A DNA stretch of 64,000 nt from Octopus vulgaris (Eukaryota). The position numbers and the translations under genes are program-made. The stretch lies in contig OX597823.1 in NCBI GenBank assembly GCA_951406725.2, positions 36,580,001-36,644,000 on the forward strand. The letters are read 5' to 3'. Under the pieces are notes generated by a model that saw only the letters and a list, made by a program, of their open reading frames with translations, was not told the origin of the DNA and searched no databases. The number at the start of each line of letters is the position of its first letter. The first letter of the stretch is position 1. Positions 13,654 through 26,724 of this stretch are shown here, in pieces.

Positions 13654-13701
13654 ATTTTGTTAGGAAATGTCTTCCAAATCCTTAATATTTATAACAGAAT
13701 G
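13654..13701 (+). CDS. Candidate 48-nt exon of an unidentified host gene (phase 0: ILLGNVFQILNIYNRM, or a 5'UTR exon ending in ATG)
   Basis: Acceptor tttgtattttgttttag| and consensus donor ATG|gtaagt; length divisible by 3 and open in one frame; not in a recognised repeat. Confidence 0.45.
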
Positions 13702-14494
13702 GTAAGTAATATCATAGAAGTATAGGAGTGGGGAGGATTGTAAAACTGATGGCAATTTAAAATTTTATTGCAAATACATGGACACAGTTATTTTATTACA
13801 TACATAAACATGTAGTCATTTAGTTTATTAGAGATATACACACATTTTCATTTATGCTTTTACACCCATACATGCATGAATGTGCACGCACACACAAATA
13901 ATCATTTTCTTACCCAAACACATACAGTCATTTGAAGCTGCTTGTTCACTTTACTGTTACTCTGAGTTTCTTGTAAACATTTATATTGAAGTAATGCTAC
14001 TTCTTGAATGAGTGCCAAGTGAAAAATGCGTGATCAACCTCCTCTCTCTCACTCTCACTCTCACACACACACACACACACACATACACACACACACACAC
14101 GTTTAATATCTGATAGTATTTTCACAATGCTATATTATACTGAGATGCACATACTTCAGAGTTTGAAAATACATTTATCAAATTCACAGAATAAGTTTGT
14201 GTGCCACTGTAAACTTTATTGAAATTTACTTAAACCTTGTTGCCAACACTAACCCCCATCTCAGACTTTAGTTGTTTCCTCTATGAAAATTCTCTGCAAA
14301 ATGTTCTACACACCTTTGGGGTGTTTTTATTTTTTAGTTACATCCATGGACCCATATTTTGATCAAATTCAGTTTTAAATCATTTGTTTATTTAAAACTC
14401 AATATTGTTTTGCAAACAAAAATTTATGAAGTACTGAAATTACTAATGAAGAATTTATTTAAAAATGTTGTTGATACCCTTACTTTTAGTTTAA

Positions 14495-14843
14495 CCCTTT
14501 AGCATTTAAACAGATCATACTCAGTTAAAATATTATACCAGTTTTAAGGTAAAACTGACCAGATCAAGTCTCTCACACCTACACTGCAATGTCATTCTAA
14601 AAACAGGTAGTCGCACCACTGAAATCTCAAGGAAACACAATAATACATGATTAATTCAACACTACGAATTTTTGAAAATATTTAAATCTAACTTCTACTG
14701 TACTTTTTCTTGGAGAGCTTTAAAAAAAAATTATATCTCATTAGTGAAATTTGGATGAATATTTTAGGAAATATAACAATTTGAATGGTTAGTGAAATGG
14801 TTGAAATTTTGGCCTAATTTATGTAAATCTGAATATAAAGGGG
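14495..14843 (+). mobile_element. piggyBac-type MITE with an internal foreign insertion (14660-14826)
   Basis: TTAA|CCCTTTAGCATT ... GAATATAAAGGGG|TTAA; 5' part matches the 40665 family; insert matches 16012-16181. Confidence 0.8.
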
Positions 14844-15031
14844 TTAAGACCATGATGGTGGCTTGTTTATGACAGGGAAAACTTCCTCACAACTTTAGTA
14901 AAGTAGAATACATTTTGAGTGCAAAACATTCCATTTGTTTGCCAAAAGAATTTGACCAATGTAGGAAATTGTTACTTCAAAAAAAATTAGATGAATTTTT
15001 AAACAGCCATAAAATTGGGATAAAATTATTA

Positions 15032-15063
<32 letters not shown>

Positions 15064-16005
15064 GTGTTGTGTTGCGTTGTTGCAGTATTTTGTGTTAGTC
15101 TAAAGAAATAAACACAAACACTTTATGGTGATATGTAATTGTCAGGTGAGAATGCATCTATTAATCTATAGCAGAAATTGTTTCGGTTCACATCACTAAG
15201 CATGAACATTTTTGAAAGTAGATAATTATCAGAAAGTCTATTGGGTGATAAGAGAAGGGCAGAATTATCCATTTGGGTGGTATCATATTTCCTCAATGTA
15301 CTCAAATTATATAAGTTGATGATACCTTAGTGTGTTTATTTCCTTGAATTATATTTGAGATAATACCATAAAATACAGAAATTAGTTTTTAGGTTGGAGA
15401 GAGAAAAGAAGGTCATTTGTTCCTTATTTGAATCATATTAATATCATGTTTTTGGATGTTTCCGTATTATCATTACTCAATTGGTGAATTTAGTAAATAG
15501 CTAATTAGAACCAATTTAAAATTAATTCTCAGCAAGAATGAGGTTCTTCTGTGATAAAATCTTGGTAAACATTTCTTTACTATGGTTATGAACTCTAGCA
15601 ATATTAGTCAATGATTTTTAGGGCTTCTTTCCTGTGAGTCAGCTATACTTAATAATCAGCAATTATTTGATCAGAACTGTTGGCTAATTTTAAGACATAC
15701 AGAGATGCCTTAAAAATCTTATCATAAAGATGTTTGCAGTTGTAGGTTCAAATGACAATTAGATGATCTCTTAATGGACTTGGATTGGAATTGAATGAGA
15801 GAGAGAAAGCCTTTACCTAGAGTTATGACTTGATGAAGTGAAAAACATTTAATTTGTTAGAAAATGTATATGGTGATCACAATGATGTGTTTGTATGTAT
15901 TTAACATACATTACCTTTGTATATATTTAACATATATTACTTTTGTGGTGACTGCTGTGGAGTTCAATGAAAAGTTCTTGATCCAGTTTTAACATGACTG
16001 AGACA

Positions 16006-16488
16006 AGGTATCACTATGAATTTTGGAAAATATTTAAATCTAACTTCTACTGTACTTTTTCTTGGAGAGCATAAAAAAAAAAACTTTGATACCTGATTTG
16101 TGAATTTTGAATGAATATTTTAGGAAATATGACAATTTGAATGGTTAGTGAAATGGTTGAAATTTTGCCTAATTTATGTAAGCTATATTTGTGATGTCAT
16201 ATCTTTGAAACTGAGGGGTATAATCAACTTCAAATTATACAAATTATTGGTGACCATAGTATAGTAGTCGTTTAATTTTTTTCAGGTTCTTGGAAAGAAA
16301 ACATTTTTTCTGGCAACATTTTAAATATTTATGTAAAGCCTTTTTTGTTACATATAACAAATGGTTGATTTTTGCAGTGTTTTCAGACAAGCTAAATTCA
16401 AAATTACAAACCACAGGAACTTGAGTTTTGGCACATTTGTAGCAGGTATAGAGATAAATAAATCAGGAGATATTGGGATTTGACAGCA
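16006..16488 (+). mobile_element. ~490-bp non-autonomous DNA element, copy 1 (short TIR; Kolobok-like assignment tentative)
   Basis: Colinear similarity to 18075-18560; begins AGGTATCA. Confidence 0.65.
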
Positions 16489-16749
16489 TTTACATAAAGT
16501 AAAAAAATGTGTTTTTTCATGTTCAAACTGTGCTTGTCTCTATTGTACAGAACTCTATAGTGATACCTACTGAGGCAATCAGAGTTGTTAACCTCATTGG
16601 GCTTACAACTAATGAGTGTCTTGTTACAAGGAAATATACTTTCAATATATCTAATATCAACAAACATTGTAATGCATTTAAAATATTTCTAATATGAAAT
16701 CACATCCTCAGCTGGAGTGATAGGGAATCAGAATGATGAAGTGGCCACT

Positions 16750-17130
16750 TTATTCTTAGGTAGTCACTGACATTAGAGGTGTCTCTCTATGGATCTGGCC
16801 TTCATCTGCAGTTTAGAGTTTAGCTTATTTTTTGGACATGAAGTTCAGATGTGAACTAATATTTGATATTAGATCTATATTTCATTTAATTAGAAGACTT
16901 CATACACATTGGCAAGGTACTTTGATGTTGTAGATCCCCAGATAGTGAAAGCACATTTCATGAGAAATGAAGGCTCTAAACTGCAGAAGAGACCTGGACT
17001 CTCTAAGGTACATATTCAAACTCAGTGGATCAGGATTGACATTCAGTCATTTAGACACATATTATCTGATACCAACAAGGGCATTTCTTACTCCTCCAGC
17101 TTTCTCTTCACACATTCTAAACATGTTTAG
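16750..17130 (-). pseudogene. Heavily decayed Jockey/CR1-like RT fragment
   Basis: Minus-strand MKCAFTIWGSTTSKYL resembles the MEYCSxIWG motif; weak. Confidence 0.3.
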
Positions 17131-18074
17131 TCATTTCTGATTATGTAAATGTTAAATTCTTTTCAAAGACATCCACCTTCTGTTAGTAATATTGTTTACA
17201 TTATTGGTATAAATTAAAACCTCTACTTGAATGCTGCTGCTGATGATGTGTGTTATCTGTTAATATATAGACCATATTAAATACATGTTGATATAACAGA
17301 AACTAAATAAGAAATTTTTTATTATGTGTTGATCAATGAGATAACATTATTGAGGCTGACATCAAATGCAGTGTAATGAAAACCATCAATACTAAAATGG
17401 GTTCTATAGTTGTATCTAATTTCCCCCCTTCTTTTCTTGTGTTTATTTGCTGAGAGAACTTTTCATGAACTTTTCAGTGCAGAGTTTACTTTTTCAATTT
17501 ATTTTATTGTGTGTGTGTGTGTGTGTGCGTGCGTGTGCGTGTGTGTGCGCGTGCGTGCATGTTTTAGATTACATTTAAAAATAAGCAAACCTGAAATTCT
17601 TTTTATTTGGCTTGATATAGTTGTAGTATCACACTACTCTTTCTACATCTGGGTGGGTGTTGGATGTTTATTTGATATTATAGACGTCATCCATGGCCTT
17701 TCACACAGGTGATGAAAGTAGTATGTGCACTCTGTTCTGGTGAGTTTAGGGTGGCTCGCCTGTAGATGTGTAGATGCAGAAATGTTAGGGCCTTCTGAAG
17801 GTTGTTAGGAGGGTTCTGTACTGCAATCTTCTTACCTTTGATACCTGAGTTTTTTTTACTGCTGACCATCTCTTGTAACCAGTCCTGAAATTAATACAGA
17901 CTTCCAGTTGATGTAGGGCTACACCAGTGAAGTCTTTAAACCACTTCTGATATAATCCTAGGTACATGTGTCCCTGTGAGAGAGCTCCAGAGACAGGCTG
18001 GTATGTGGGACTACACTATCCAGATCATGTGTTCAGTGCAATGGAGTGGACTTTTTAAAGTCCTTACTTTAATT

Positions 18075-18560
18075 AGGTATCATTATGAATTTTTGAAAAT
18101 ATTTAAATCTAATTTCTACTGTACTTTTTCTTGGAGAGCATTCAAAATGAAACATTTTGATACCTCATTTGTGAATTTTGGATGAATATTTTAGGAAATA
18201 TGACAATTTGAATAGTCAGTGAATTGGTCAAAATCTTGCCTAATTGGCCTAAAATTAGCCATATTTGTGATGTCATATCTTTGAAACTGAGGTGATGATC
18301 ATCTTCAAATTACACAAGTTAATAGTATCCATGGGATAGCAGTTGCCTTCTTTTTTCAGGTTCTTGAAAATGAAACATTTTTTTTTTTGGTAATTTTTAA
18401 ATATTTATGTAAAACCTATTTTGTTGCATGTAGCAGTCAATTCTGCAGTGTTTTCAGAGCTAGCGAAATCCAAAAGCTCAAGCCAAAGGGACTTCAGTTT
18501 TGATACAATTGTAGTAGGTATAGAATGAAATAAATCCTGAGATTTTGGGGCATGATACCA
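18075..18560 (+). mobile_element. ~490-bp non-autonomous DNA element, copy 2
   Basis: Inverted termini GGTATCAT...ATGATACC; homologous to 16006-16488. Confidence 0.65.
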
Positions 18561-19384
18561 TTTCAATAAAATTTTAACAGACTGTTACAAAATGGCTATA
18601 AATGGCAGATTTTTGGATCAGGACGTCAATATAAGTTGGATTTTCTCTGTCTTGGTGAGGATTTTTCTCTTCCTTGTTTTTTTTCCTCATGGCCTTGGAA
18701 ATGATGGAGGAAAGCTTTTTATGAAACTTGTTGAGAAATAAAAGTTGAAAATTGTACTTTGTTACATCAATTTCCAAACTTTTAAAGTTCTATTCATGTT
18801 CTGACATCTTTCCCCCTCTGCTGATATTCCCTACCTGTTCTATTTGATACCTCTGTCCCTATACTCAAAGTGATTTGAGTTTACCTCTAAAGCCTGTTAT
18901 GTTTAGCTTTGTACTAAGGGTAGTAAAGTTAAAGTTTTATCAAAGTCGATGAAAGTCCTCTGGATATAACCCCTCCCCCACTACTTCAGTTACCCTAGGT
19001 CAGCAAGGTTTACATAATTGTTTTCTTTCATTTTTAAACCTGTTTGGAACTTTTTGAAATTAGAAGAAAATTAATAGAAATTGTTACAGCTCTAAACTGG
19101 TTCCACCACTTCTTGAATGAGGGTGGGGGAGGATAGAAGACAACTTGTGACTGGTTGGTGAATGGAAAAGATTTGTTGGGTAATGGCATAAGATTAATTG
19201 ATTAAATATTGAGACATACCTCCCCCCCCACACACAGTGTTAAAAAATAATTTGATTTTACTCTTTTCAAATAAAAGACAAATTATTTGGACAACTGAAA
19301 ATGAATTGTGTTTCCATCACTGGATTTTATGTTGTAATATAGCAATAAATTTACTTTCACCATTTTCCAATAGATTAACATCAT

Positions 19385-19606
19385 CAATCCTTTTGTTACC
19401 ATATTTCTGTTGAAATACACTGCCTTTGTTTCAATTAATTTTGGAAATAATGAACTTAGGAAAATTACTCTCATTATTAAGTTGGTGTTTAGAAACAAAT
19501 TAACATAAAATCTTGAGAAATTTGAATTAAGATCACTTTAAAAGCAGGCAGTTTGTATTGTAGCAACTAGGGTGTTCTCGGGTAGGTTGGTATCAGAAGG
19601 GGTTAA
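19385..19606 (+). mobile_element. Second piggyBac-type MITE family, with a partial tandem copy at ~19750-19905
   Basis: Starts ..ccttttgttaccatatttctgttgaaatacactgcc and ends gtatcagaagggg|TTAA; similar sequence repeats from 19750. Confidence 0.7.
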
Positions 19607-21600
19607 TGTTAAAGACAAGAGGCTGGACACACAGGCACACATTTAATGAATAATGATTCATTTAGAGCTTTGTTTGAATTATATTTATTCACTGAAAGTA
19701 TTCTCTTCTCTCATTGCTTCAAGTTAAGTGTGAATGTATGTGATCACTTTAACCTCTTTATTATGACGTTTCTGTTGAAATGCAATGCTTTTGTTTCAAT
19801 TAATTTGGAAAATAATGAAGGATTTATCAAAATAACTGTCACGGCTAAGCTTTTCGATTGGAAGATAAATTAACATGTAATTTTGATAGGTTTTAACTTA
19901 GGTCACTATTTGGGAATGGCATGAATATAACTTTATAATGAATTGTCTACCTCTCCTGTATTATAAACTGTGGTAGTCATTGAGTGCAGTCAGTGTGTCT
20001 TTTCACCAAAGAGTGCTTTACAACCACCTCCTTTACATTCTTGGTATGTTTTGAAGGAGAGAGAGAACAACTAATTAAACACAAACTACTTTTGTGCAGT
20101 GCTCTATTAACAATGTTTTCTCATCCTGTCCCACCTAGTATGTGTCCTCATTTTACATATTTGCATGGATTGCTGCTTCCTATGTTAAAAAACAGTCAAA
20201 AATACAGAATGGAATTATATTGAACCTTTGTGTATCATCATCATTATTTAGCATCCACTTTCCATGCTGGCATGAGTTGGACTTTTTTTTTTCACTGGTA
20301 ATATGACGGTTAACTTGTATTTTAATTCCATCAAAGACTTTTTGGGAAAATGTCTAAAATATGGTACTGTTGTTCAGGTTTTAAATGTTACATTTCTCAG
20401 AAAGATCACAGCTCCTCTGAACTCCCAATACCTCCATAGCATCTCATTGACATTTGCTATCCCCCTTGTAAATTCCCTATGTCCTGAGGGGGTAGGGGTG
20501 CTACTGTCCAGTTTCCCACACATCATCTTTTGTGTATAAAAAAACAAACAAAAAACCCCTTGTTTAACAAATATCATTTGAACATTTTTTTTTTTCATTT
20601 GATATGTTGTTTGCTTTTAGGCCTTAAATGTTGGTAGTGTAATATTAGATGGCTCAAGTTTTTCTATGATATTTCATTGTTAACTCCACTACTACTGCCA
20701 CTATCTCAGTAACATTATTCTTGGTGCAATTAACTGACCTCAGTATTTGTATCCCACTCTCACTGTGCAATGTTATGTTATCTTTCTTTGTCACTTTTTC
20801 TCAATTCATCACATTCTACCCTTCTCTATCTTTTCACCCGTCACAATCTTTTACTCTCTCTACTAATCTTAATGATATAATTCTACATTCATTCACGATT
20901 TTGTTGTCATGTGATCACTGTCTCCTCATCTTTGACTATAATCATTAAAAATATATATATATTTTAATTCTCCGCCCTTACAGTGTTATTGATAAAACAG
21001 ACTGTGCTGTTAAACATTACTTCAACATTTGGTGATGTTTGGATCCGATGTCTTTGTTTTTGTTACTTAACATTTTATTTGCATAAACTCAGTCATAACT
21101 TGCACTTTGACTTTAGCTTACCTAATTTCTCTGATCATGTCATCATATTTACTCTTTGTCTCTCTCTAACTACAATAGCAACAATCTTGGTGCAATTAAT
21201 TGCTTTTGAAGTTGTTAGTGGAGAGGATTCTACATGATGCAGTATTGATAAAGTCTATATGTTTTATTTAATTTCACTAAATCAACCAATCTTACTTTAG
21301 AGAGACTTATAGCTAAATTACAGCTAAATTGTTTCCTCCTTCCCTCTCTACCTCCATAACTAATTTATTGGGAAACTACTTGTTTACTCAGACTGTGGCA
21401 GAATTGGTTGAACCTACAGTTTCTGAGTTCAAACTGCATTAGAGATGACTTTAGGTTTTACCCTCTTGAAATTAATAAAATAAATGCAAATAAGATACGG
21501 GGGGGGGGGGGGATTCAAAACCAAGCTAAATATATGTCTCTGATTTGTTTTATTTGTTTTTTAGATTCATTTTCTTTTTCTCTAGATACTTTGCTTAGTA

Positions 21601-21921
21601 TCTTACTATAACGGGTGTTATATCCATCTGTCCACTCTTCACGGTAAAACGGTTGGACCAGTGGTCATGATGCATTTGGGATTATGATGGAGGTAATCAG
21701 GAAGGTTTTTAGTGAAAAAAAAAAAAGAATGAAAAAGTATGATTATTTAGTGTATATTGAGTTTTGTATTAATTAATCACTTTTGATTTTTTTTGTTAAA
21801 ATTCCGGTGTTGAGGATTAACTCTGGATCCCACCCCCACTCATGTATAGTTTGTGAATTTAAAGGGTTTAGATTTGCAACACTATCCCCTTATTTCCCAT
21901 CGTAGATGGGCAGATTTGCTA
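21601..21921 (+). mobile_element. Short non-autonomous Helitron (first unit of a tandem pair)
   Basis: A|TCTTACTATA 5' end; 3' hairpin cccatc-gta-gatggg (21896-21910) then ..ttgCTA. Confidence 0.75.
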
Positions 21922-23023
21922 TCTTACTATACTGGGCATTATGTCTGTCTGTCTTCCCTCTTCACGGCCAGACAGCTGGACCATTGGTTACAATATTTTT
22001 CGGAATTACAAAGACAGTCGCCAGGAAGGTTTTTAGCTTTAAAAAAATCAGGAAGTATGATTGTTTTGTGGATATCAATTGATAAGTCACCTTCACATTT
22101 TTATTAAAAATTCACCAACCACAAGTAACTCTGGATTTTCATTGTATAGTTCATGGCACCATCGTAGATACAAAGGAAGTAGCAAGGACGGTTAATAGTG
22201 AAAATAAAATGGAAAAAGTGTGTGTCAGTATATAGTGTGTGTGATTATTTAGTGGTTTTTGAAGTGTGTCAGTCTCGAGCAGGATTCAAAACGGCTAATT
22301 GAAGTGGCTGTTGTTTACATCTCAGTTTTGTCAATCAAAATAACCCATGGTGCCAGAACATCCAGACATTATTCGTATAGAACAATGAGAAGTAAGTCTT
22401 AGTTTGATTTTTTGCAACCCTAAAGATTCCATTCGTGTATTCACAGCAAACAAGGCACAGGGCCAGACTTTAGATCATGTAGGTATATTTTTATCCACTC
22501 CAATATTTACACACAATCAGTTGCACATCACTATGAGTAGAGCAACAGACTCCAGTAATTTAAAAATTAAGTGTCGACCAAACAGAAAATATCATCCACA
22601 AAGAAGTTTTGTAATCATTTTGATATTATTGAAAGGAATGTGTTTCATAATTTAAATAAGGAAATTTGTATAAGAGTGTAAAATAGTGTAAACAACTATC
22701 TAAATAACATTTTTTTCTTAATACTTTTATGTAGTGGTCAAAAGAAGCTCTGGCTTTCATTAGGAGTGATTCACGTAACCATTCATGATACAGAGGCTGG
22801 GAGCCTATTTCAGTTCAGGAGTGAATTGTCATCACATATCACTTAGTCACAAACACATGTCATATAGCTGCAATAGAATGCTGTATCACCAACAACAATG
22901 TGATTTCTCTAAGACATCACCCAGTAATCTATCAAGTTTATTGACACATTTCTCAATACATACTGCCTTTATGACTTCCCTCCCTCATTTTATGCCTCCA
23001 TCGTAGATGGGTAAACTTGCTAG
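21922..23023 (+). mobile_element. Non-autonomous Helitron with a PIF1-helicase remnant (second unit)
   Basis: TCTTACTATA start; FTANKAQGQTLDHVGI..FTHNQLHITMSRAT (PIF1 motifs V/VI, ~22440-22570); hairpin ccatc-gta-gatgg then CTAG at 23020-23023. Confidence 0.85.
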
Positions 23024-23519
23024 ATACTAGGGGTGGAGCTTCAAAACCAAGAAAATAAAGGTTTCAGATTTGTTTTGTTTGTTTTTGGTGATTTAAAATC
23101 ATTTTCTTTTTCTTTAGATATTTTGTTTAGTATACTGGTAGCTTCTAATGCCAGTTTCCAGCACCAACTGTTGTAATATTCTATATCTGGCCATATCTCT
23201 GTAAACATTATCATCATCATCATTATTATTTAATGTTCATGCTCCATACTGGCTGTGCCCAGATGCTTTAACATTCTCCATGAACACACCTCTACAAACC
23301 ATTTTTCTCATCAGTCAGAACATCTGACCTATGCAATTAATGTGTCTTATAGAAGAGACTCACCTCACAACATTATTATCATCAGTGAAAACAGTTTCAT
23401 CTTAGACCAGAAATGGTGTTGTGATCTCTGTAATCCCCACAATGTTATCAGTGTCATTAAAGAATGCTAAAGACCGATTTTCTAATGATTCTGACTATTT
23501 CTGTAGTAACAACACTAGA

Positions 23520-24295
23520 TCATCATCATCATCACTCACTATCATCATTGTTTAACATCTGTATTCCATGCTGGCATGGGTTGGACAGATTGACTGGGGA
23601 CTGGCAAGCCACGAGGCTGTACCAGGCTCCAATCTGATCTGGCAATGCTTCTACAGCTGGATGCCCTTCCTAATGCCAGCCACTCCGAGAGTGTAGTGGA
23701 TGCTTTTTATGTGCCACCGGCACGGAAGCCAGTCAGGCAGCACTGGCATCAGCCACATTCGGCTGGTGCCTTTTAGTGCTACTGGCACAGGTTGCCAGTC
23801 AGGTGGCACTGGCAACGACCCATACGTAAATGGTGCTTATTGCGTGCCACCAGCACAGCGACCAGTCAGGTGGTACTTTTATAAGTGATTAATGCAATAC
23901 AAAAAAGAAAAAAACTTACTGTGTTAATGGACAGTTTACCTGAGAAGCATCTCAGCAGACAAATCATTCATCATCATCATCATCATTTAATGTCTGTTGT
24001 CCATGTTGGCATGGGTTGGGCAGTTTGACCAAGGTTGGAAGGCTGCACCAAACTCCAGTCTGATTTGGCATGGTTTCCTAATGCCAACCACTCCAAGAGT
24101 GCAATGGGTGCTTTTACATGCCACTGGCATGGGTGTCATTTGTGTGACATCGATATCTGTCACGGCTGCGATTTTTCTTGGCTTGATGGGTCTTCTTCTT
24201 AAGCACAACATAATGCCAAAGGTCTCAGTCCATTGCCTCTGTGAGGCCCAACACTTGAAAAGAGCTCAGCCACTTTGCCTCCGTGAGGCCCCCAG
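23520..24295 (-). mobile_element. Two adjacent RTE LINE 3' ends (23520-23880 and 23966-24295)
   Basis: Each begins (cat)n..ttaa.tctg..ccatg.tggcatgggttgg; same family as 45603-46218. Confidence 0.85.
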
Positions 24296-24647
24296 AGCCC
24301 TTTTCAGCCAAAGCCAATAGCAGTCATTTATTCCCTCTTACCTTCCTTTGTCTCTCTTACTCTGTGTGTGTGCATATGAGGGAGAGAAGATTGCATGTAT
24401 GTGGGTGTGCAAATGTTTGTGTGTGTGTGTCATGTATTTGGTGTACCTTTTATCTTTACCACTCACCTACCACTGCTTGTCAATTTCTATGTTCCTCTTC
24501 TTATGTTAACTTGCATTTACTGTCTCCCCATCTCTTTATATGATGCAAAGTGTGGCAGGAGAAACCAGCCAAAAGGTTATTATGAAATAGAGATCAAATT
24601 TTTTTGCTAAAACTGCTTCAGTTTAAATTGTGGAGAAAGTAATATTG

Positions 24648-24726
24648 GTTTCAAATTTTGGCACAAGGCTAGCATTTTGTCCTGTATTTTGCCCAACATA
24701 CCAACAATTCTGCCAGCTTGCTACCT
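24648..24726 (-). mobile_element. Internally deleted 79-bp SINE with a 20-bp TSD
   Basis: SINE tail and head joined; flanked by ttgt(g/a)gagaaagtaatattg at 24628-24647 and 24727-24746. Confidence 0.75.
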
Positions 24727-25313
24727 TTGTAGAGAAAGTAATATTGAATAAAGAAAAAGACACATATATATAGTAGTAATGATGATCATAACAATAGCAA
24801 TAATAGTATTATAGTCATGAATGATGTGAAGAATATTCCATTTTTCAGGCTATTATTAGAAGTAAGAAGTAATTCTAGTCTGGGATCAGGATTGCAATTA
24901 GCCAGAAGTTTACTGTTATATCAAAACAGACTTTGGAATATTATATTTTTAATGCTGCTGACAATGCCAGATTGAACGGTACTGCCCAGGTGTCAAAACC
25001 ACAGTGGGCAGTGATGATGGGGATGCACATATATTATGCTCAATTGGGAATTTCTTATATCTTAGACTTATAAATTCTGGGTTGTCCTTCATTCTTGTGA
25101 AATGCAAAGTTTGTAGATTCATTGTTTGTGGAGATTGCTTACTTTGGTATTGTTTAGTTTTCTTAATAGGTAACCTAATTAGGCTTAGACAATGCTTAGT
25201 TTAGGAAGATTCTGTGGCACACACATTCATATATATGTTGTTATATTTGGGGAGTGTCACTTTTAGCCAACAAACCAGATGCACTCCACATGCCTGTTCC
25301 TAACTTCATCCTC

Positions 25314-25348
<35 letters not shown>

Positions 25349-25719
25349 CTTAATCATAATCATAATAATCTTAATCATAATCATAATAATCATAAAGATG
25401 AAATGAAGAACAAGCACATAGAGTGCATGTGGTTGATTGACCAAAATATGACCATCCCCAAATATAACGAGATTGGATTCAACACAATTTCACATCAGGA
25501 ATTTTGCAAAGCAAATGCATAAATATTCATCCATCTATCCATCCGTATGTATGTATGTATCTCTTTATTAGTGAACTTCTAAGGATTTGAAATGTCAGAA
25601 AGACATAGGCTAACAGACAAAGAGAAAACAAAAAAGAAGATTCAGTTGGAATTTTCCAAAGTTCAAAGAATAGACTAAGTCTTACTTATGATGCTCCAGA
25701 TTAACATCCCCAAACAGTA

Positions 25720-25943
25720 AAGGATCTGGGGACTCTGTCAAAGGCTTTCTCCATGTTGATGAAAGCCAAGTACAGAGGTTTATCTTTGGCTAGGTATTTC
25801 TCCTGCAGCTGTCTTACCAGGAATATACCATCAGTAGTACTTTTCCCTGGCACGAACCCAAACTGCATCTCCTCTAAGCTAACTCTCTCTCTAATTAGTT
25901 GGGCTATAACCCTCTCCGTAACCTTCATTACCTGATCCAGCAG

Positions 25944-25945
<2 letters not shown>
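25720..25945 (-). pseudogene. RTE LINE RT domain fragment next to (TA)n
   Basis: KLLDQVMKVTERVI..QFGFVPGKSTTDGIFLVRQLQEKY..AFINMEKAFDRVPR. Confidence 0.93.
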
Positions 25946-25988
<43 letters not shown>

Positions 25989-26600
25989 TGGGGTGTGTGC
26001 AAAAGCAGGCATACAGCCAAAGTAAAAGAAAATACACACAAAACTCATTTATTTTTATCAAAAAATTAATAGTTTATGATAAAAGTATTATTATAGTTAT
26101 GATAAATGTATTATTATGATTAATGACACTGGAAATATCAAACATGAGGTTAACTTTTAATTTTTTTTGATAAAAACAAATGAGCATTGTATATGCATTT
26201 CCCTTTTCACAACTGTATACCCACCTTTGCATCCACCCACCTGTATATAAATCTATATATAAATACACACATTTATATGTTTGTCTACAGACATATGAAT
26301 ATGTTCGATGGGAAGATATATTTGCAAATGTGGCCCTTGCTGGAGCTAATATTTCAGTGAGTTGATGTGTTCATACTATTATCCGTTCAAATATCTGAAG
26401 TAAAATCATTAATTTCTAATTACCAGGCACAAGAAATTAGGGTAATATTTAGTTCTATAAATGAATATCTTTCATTCTAAAATAACATAATGGTGGTTAC
26501 TGGGAAAATAGGTGTGTTTAGCCACAGTAGGCTCATAATTCTGATTGTGTTGGGTCTCAGCTTTGGTAAAGTGAAAAAACTCACATGCCCTGTCACTTAA

Positions 26601-26634
<34 letters not shown>

Positions 26635-26724
26635 GTGATAATTTAGTTTTGAAACTATGAAAAAGAAATTTGAACTTAGGGAAAAATATTGCAAAATTTT
26701 TTGTTAATTTTTTTTTACAGTTAA

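Noticed and set aside
17690-18060. GC-richer segment, possibly an R2-like RT remnant on the minus strand
   Set aside because: Only a faint DSV.H-like match across stops; cannot be supported.
25478-25528. 50-bp similarity to 61641-61692
   Set aside because: Diverged, same orientation and 36 kb apart; most simply fragments of an old dispersed repeat.
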